Below are positions 35,096-39,652 of a stretch of 39,652 bases of DNA, piece by piece. Under the pieces are notes generated by a model. The model had not been told where the DNA came from and searched no databases. It worked only from the letters and a program-made list of their open reading frames with translations. The position numbers and the translations under genes are program-made. The stretch is from NCBI GenBank assembly GCA_032718475.1, contig JAUCBJ010005757.1, positions 1 through 39,652 of the forward strand. The letters are read 5' to 3'. The first letter of the stretch is position 1. Each line of letters starts with the position of its first letter. The DNA is from Nemertoderma westbladi. Lineage: Eukaryota; Animalia; Xenacoelomorpha.

Positions 35096-36330
35096 TGTAA
35101 AAGCCTTTGCTGAATTGCCCCGTTATTTTTATTATCTTTTACATTAAAATACTCTGTAGTTGATTTAATAAGTGTAAGAGACCGTATTATTGCTGTATCG
35201 GTGTTTTTAGAGGATCTAAGACCTATTTCCTCCGTATGTGTACTGTGAAAGGCATATTTTATGATTCTATGGCAATTCGTGACGCAAAAGGGTGATAGCT
35301 ACTCTTGAACAGTAGTTACTATGACTACGGTTAACAGCTGACATTCATACGTGTTGATTTCCTTTGTTCTACGGCGTCTCTCAGTTCAGTCAGCCAATGA
35401 GAGCGTTTTTGTGGCTCCTTGTACAGAGAATTTCCGAGAAATGACGAAATGCCTATGTGCAGTGTTTATCATTCAGTCTTGAGCCAAAGAAAGAACGGCT
35501 TAGAAATATTTTGTGCTGTACTGCTTTTTAGTCGTACACTGGTAGGTTTAATTATAAAGGGCATATATCCTTTAACTGACTGATTGATATATTCAAAACA
35601 ACTGACTACTTGAATATCTCATGCCTATGTGCACTGACATACCGGTACTGAATTGTTGTTTTATACTGCTATTTGCTGTCAGTTCTTCATAATATGGTTG
35701 ATGAATTATTATATTTGGAATAACGATAAATAACCCCGCAACCCAATATTCTTGATATACCGAAGGTAAGAGAGAAAGGTTACCAATAACGATTGTGACT
35801 TGTGTTAAAGTGGTTTGAAGTGAATCTAATGTTATTTGATAGACCCTACATGAGTCAGCCTGTGTTCCTTTTATATGTGACTAAAATCAGTGAAGATTGG
35901 CAGATTAGTGTGCAGTATTGTGCAGCATAGTGTATGAGTGAGTCTGTTAAAGAAGCAATTCCTAAAGAATGCGCCATATATGTGGATTATAATTAAGCCA
36001 TATCGTTGTGAGTAGTTTAAGTCATAACTCTGTTTATGTAGATAAAGCGCCACGTCCTAAAGGAACTGTTAATATTACCGAAGGTGAATAATATTGTCAG
36101 AGATTATATAATACTGTCAGTCGAATAATACATTAGGCTTACATAGCAATACAAATTAAACCGTCGAACCCAATCTCCCGGGAATATCCAGCGGGTGAAT
36201 GGTCGCGCACGGATTGGTTTCGACTAGTGTAGTGAATCAAATACTTGTCATAGACTAAAAAGCAGATTTATTATCTAGAAGACATTCTAATTTGGCGGGT
36301 TAAACTGCCAAAGGTCTGAAAGCGCGAACA
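35096..36330 (+). repeat. BEL/Pao 3' LTR
   Basis: Direct copy of the 5' LTR at offset 9498, preceded by a short purine-rich GGGAGCGG. Confidence 0.95.
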
Positions 36331-36559
36331 TCGTCTTATTTTTGTTCGCTATAGTAAGTCGGTCTGGTCTGGTCTATCAGTGTGGACCAGTAGTTTCAGA
36401 CTTTTGATGACATGAGACATTGTCAGTCGGTATCGGTGGTTTCAGATTTTTGATAAAAACCGAAATAGGTCGGCCAATCATTGCTGAAATTAAATCAAAC
36501 TTGGTACGTACAGTAAGCAGTCCGTCAAAGTAAGTAAATTTTTCTTCGGCCGCTAGGCC

Positions 36560-36787
36560 AGGGATCACGCACAAAGTCTGACGACTGATTTCCTGTGCGG
36601 TCCCCCCAGAACTTACTCCCCAGAGGAAACTCCAGTACTCATTTAGCTACCAATGAAGGATGCAAGATGCGCCCTGGCTAGTCCCTTTAAAGCATTCGTG
36701 CCGAAACGAAAACTGCCCTGGGCCATGTGAGGATCGAACCCACGACCTACAGGAGATGTGAATTCAATGCAACCACTACACCAAGGT
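36560..36787 (-). mobile_element. tRNA-derived SINE
   Basis: A-box TGGTGTAGTGG, B-box GGTTCGATCC, then CATCCTTCATTGGTAGCTAAATGAGTAC, similar to the central motif of the SINE at 2045-2677. The 3' limit is approximate. Confidence 0.6.
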
Positions 36788-37095
36788 GGAACCTAATCAA
36801 GGTCAAAAGTATGGAAAAAGTCTGAAGTTTGGTCAAAAATGAGGAAGTCGTTACCGGTAGTTAAAGATTTTTGATGAATACCCAAATAAACCATGTCCCA
36901 GAATATAGTGTCATAAATCAGTGACCCCCCCCCTAATTTTCTACAAATCGTAATGAGATTTCATGAAATTTGAAACAGAGTTATTTTCACCTCCCTCCTC
37001 CTTGCTGGGTGAGCCAGAATTTTTATTTTTGCTTTCAATCTTTAGCTGCATGCGTTTAAAAAAAGTATCTCCGGCGATATTGCACCAGTCCCGCC

Positions 37096-37686
37096 GGAAG
37101 CAGGACAATTCGGTCCCGGACAATTCGGTCCGGACAATTCGGTCCCGGCCAATTTTGTCCAGGACAATTCGGTCCCATTAATTTTGTGTTTTGGGACCGA
37201 ATTGTCCGGGACCAAATTGCCTGGACCGAATTGTCCGAATACTGACTAGGACAATTCGGTCCCAAAACATGCATATTAATGGGACCGAATTGTCCGGGAC
37301 CGAATTTGTCAGGGACCGAATTATCCGGGACCGAATTGTCCGGGACCGAATTGTCCGGGACCGAATTGTCCGGGATCGAATTATCCGGGACCAAATTTAA
37401 TTGGTACTACTGTACTATATAATGGTGAATGTTCTAGAAACTTAAAAAGATATTATGGTAGCTAGTGGTTTTTTTACTAGCTAGCATTTTTTTGAAAATA
37501 AAAAAATCTTACTTTTTTTTGTTAACATTATAAGTTATTATGGTGTTTTTATGGAGCTTGTTGTCGGTTTGTGCTTGGACCGAATTGTCCGGGACCGAAT
37601 TGTCCGGACCGAATTGTCCGGGACCGAATTGTCCGGACCGAATTGTCCGTTGACCGAATTGTCCGGAACCGAATTGTCCGACATCC
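37096..37686. mobile_element. Mutator-like MITE, 591 bp
   Basis: TIRs GGAAGCAGGACAATTCGGT and ACCGAATTGTCCGACATCC. Perfect 9-bp TSD AGTCCCGCC at 37087-37095 and 37687-37695. Many GGACCGAATTGTCC subterminal repeats in both orientations. Confidence 0.85.
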
Positions 37687-38533
37687 AGTCCCGCCGCTGT
37701 TATTCTTCTACCTTAACGTTGTATTTGTTGGTACTGATGGAATGCTGGCCATGCAAAGATTCCAAATATGTAACACAATTTGAATTTATTTGAAAAATAG
37801 TGGAGATGTGGGCGTTCAAAAGATGCATGGTTTTGCATCTGCGCGAGGCTATTTTATTCTATTTAATAAATGCATCATAATCTGGAATATTTTGTTTATC
37901 CAAATACGTAGCTGGGCAACAATGCGTTACATCTTTAATCATACTATTACGTAGCTATTCATACTTTTAAAAATGTGCATGACCAGCTTTCCATTGGTAC
38001 CAAGAAACAGCTATAAGGTAGAAAAATAACTGCGGTGTAACTGGTGTAATATCGCTAGGGACACTTTTTTTAAACGCTTGTAGCTAAAGATTGAAAGCTA
38101 AAATAAACATTCTGGCTCACCCAGTCAGTGGTCGGGAGGTGAAACTATCTCTGTTTCAAATTTCATGCAATCTCATTAAGATTTGTAGAAAAATAAGTCG
38201 GTCACTCATTGATGAAATTAAACCAAACTTCGTACTGTACGTATACAGCCCGTCAAAAGCTTGGAAAGATTCTGATATTAGGTCAAAGATCAGCATTCTG
38301 TCTGTTGGTACCGATAGTTGTCACGGTAACTGGCTGGATCATAGAGTAAATGGGCGGCCGGTTATCGAGCGGGTGATGTTAAGAGTTTTGGGGTAGAAGT
38401 CAGTTTTCACTGGTTCTGTAGCTATAGGGACGAATCTCACTGATTTGGACGTTGGGGAAAACTACCTTCTTGTTTCTGCTTCCATGTATAATAAAATATC
38501 ATAGGTAATGAACAGTACCAGTAATAGCACAAG

Positions 38534-38620
38534 CAGGGCCGGATTAAGCTATACCGGGGCCCGGGGCTAATATAAATTTGGGACCCCCTTAAATTTTTAG
38601 GGGGGGAGGGGGGGTGTTCA
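38534..38620 (+). mobile_element. Probable hAT-like MITE end
   Basis: Begins CAGGGCCGGATT...GGGGCCCGGGGC, typical of CAG-terminal non-autonomous elements. The partner end was not found. Confidence 0.35.
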
Positions 38621-38773
38621 CATATAATGATCACATATCGCAAAAATTGTTTTTTATTGCATCTAGAGCAGAATTTAATGGGGATTTCAAATCTAAAAAC
38701 TGCTTAGAGAGATATCTTTTAGTTCTCAAATTATCGTGGAATATCTGTCTGGCAATCTGAATGTCAAAATCTA

Positions 38774-38816
38774 AGACAGACAGACAGACAGACAACCGAC
38801 CGACCGACGGACAGAC
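38774..38816. repeat. (AGAC)n(CGAC)n microsatellite
   Basis: AGACAGACAGACAGACAGACAACCGACCGACCGACGGACAGAC. Confidence 0.85.
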
Positions 38817-39652
38817 TAGAATCCATCAAATATTAAAACTTGAGAGGGGTTTGATTGACCAATGAGATGTCACGGTCGTTACTTCACTATTGTCTAATGC
38901 CGTTTATTATTAATTAATTGGGTTGTGTTTCCTAATTAATGCCCTCCTCTCCTCTCTCTCTATCTACATTACATCCACTGTTGCTACTCCCTTAATTATG
39001 CTCTTTATCGGTTTGGTATTATTAGCACACAAGCTAAATATATTAATATTCTAGTATTAGAGTATCCTAAGGGCTTTCATATGGTGATATCGGTTTTCAC
39101 CATTGAATATTTTTTTGACCACAAAACTTCACTTTTCAACAACAGTATTTATGGCTGATATTCATGAATCTCTGTATAAAACAACCATTTGCTCAGTTTG
39201 TTGATTTAGACTTTTTTCATCACTATATTCACTACTACTTTTTTTTACTCAATTGTCATCAAACATATACCACAATATTCATCAGCTTTAGGGCCACAAT
39301 AGTGAGTGTTTTGGTTTTGTAAAAGATGGCCATTTGGATCTTCTATAACCGATTTTGTAACTGCTACCCATAACGGTTTGTGTACCACAAAATATTTTAT
39401 TCCCAAAATATAGCCCGAACATGCTAAAACCCCCCTAAATTTTTAAAACCAATAATTTTGTTCTGAAATTATCAAAGAAGATAGCCCACATATCTAGCTA
39501 GATCCATTTAGCCAAAGTCTTGGTGCGAGAACTTCAACCAAGCTGGTATTACTGACTCCTAAACATGATATATTTTTTATATAAATATCTCAAAATTTAA
39601 ACAATTAAAAAAAAAACAGACCTGAACAAAACGTACCATATAAGTTTCAGTT

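Larger units (their letters stand above)
25598..36330 (+). mobile_element. BEL/Pao LTR retrotransposon, young and non-autonomous (gag-pro only)
   Basis: 1235-bp TG...CA LTRs at 25598-26832 and 35096-36330. 5-bp TSD TCGTC at 25593-25597 and 36331-36335. Internal BEL-type Gag-PR ORF. Confidence 0.95.

Noticed and set aside
37780-37850. Defined transposon linking the similar motifs at about 190-240, 3017-3065 and 37780-37850
   Set aside because: A short diverged similarity (TTTGAACGC, GCAGATGCAAAA) suggests an old dispersed repeat, but ends and TSDs cannot be fixed.

Overview
This is AT-rich, repeat-dense eukaryotic DNA, probably from an invertebrate animal, and not prokaryotic. The only host gene I can support is a minus-strand kinesin-2 (KIF17/OSM-3-like). 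Its first three coding exons (14278-14418, 13657-13776, 5469-5584) were assembled by hand from GT-AG junctions, and the gene runs off the left edge. Introns 1 and 2 each begin with a tandem array whose unit recreates the exon end plus the GTAAGT 5' splice site: about 10 units of 44 bp, and about 260 units of 26/30 bp over 7.2 kb. The common variants of the larger array still read as donor hexamers (GTAAGT, GTATGT, GTGAGT). Upstream of the gene are three main TE structures. The first is a triple nest: an RTE-like LINE inside the 5' LTR of a Gypsy element, which is itself inside another RTE-like LINE, with TSDs visible for both inserted elements. The second is a very young 10.7-kb BEL/Pao element with near-identical 1235-bp LTRs and an intact Gag-protease ORF but no RT or integrase. 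The third is a set of MITEs. tRNA-derived SINEs, minisatellites and a Helitron-like element also occur across the window.
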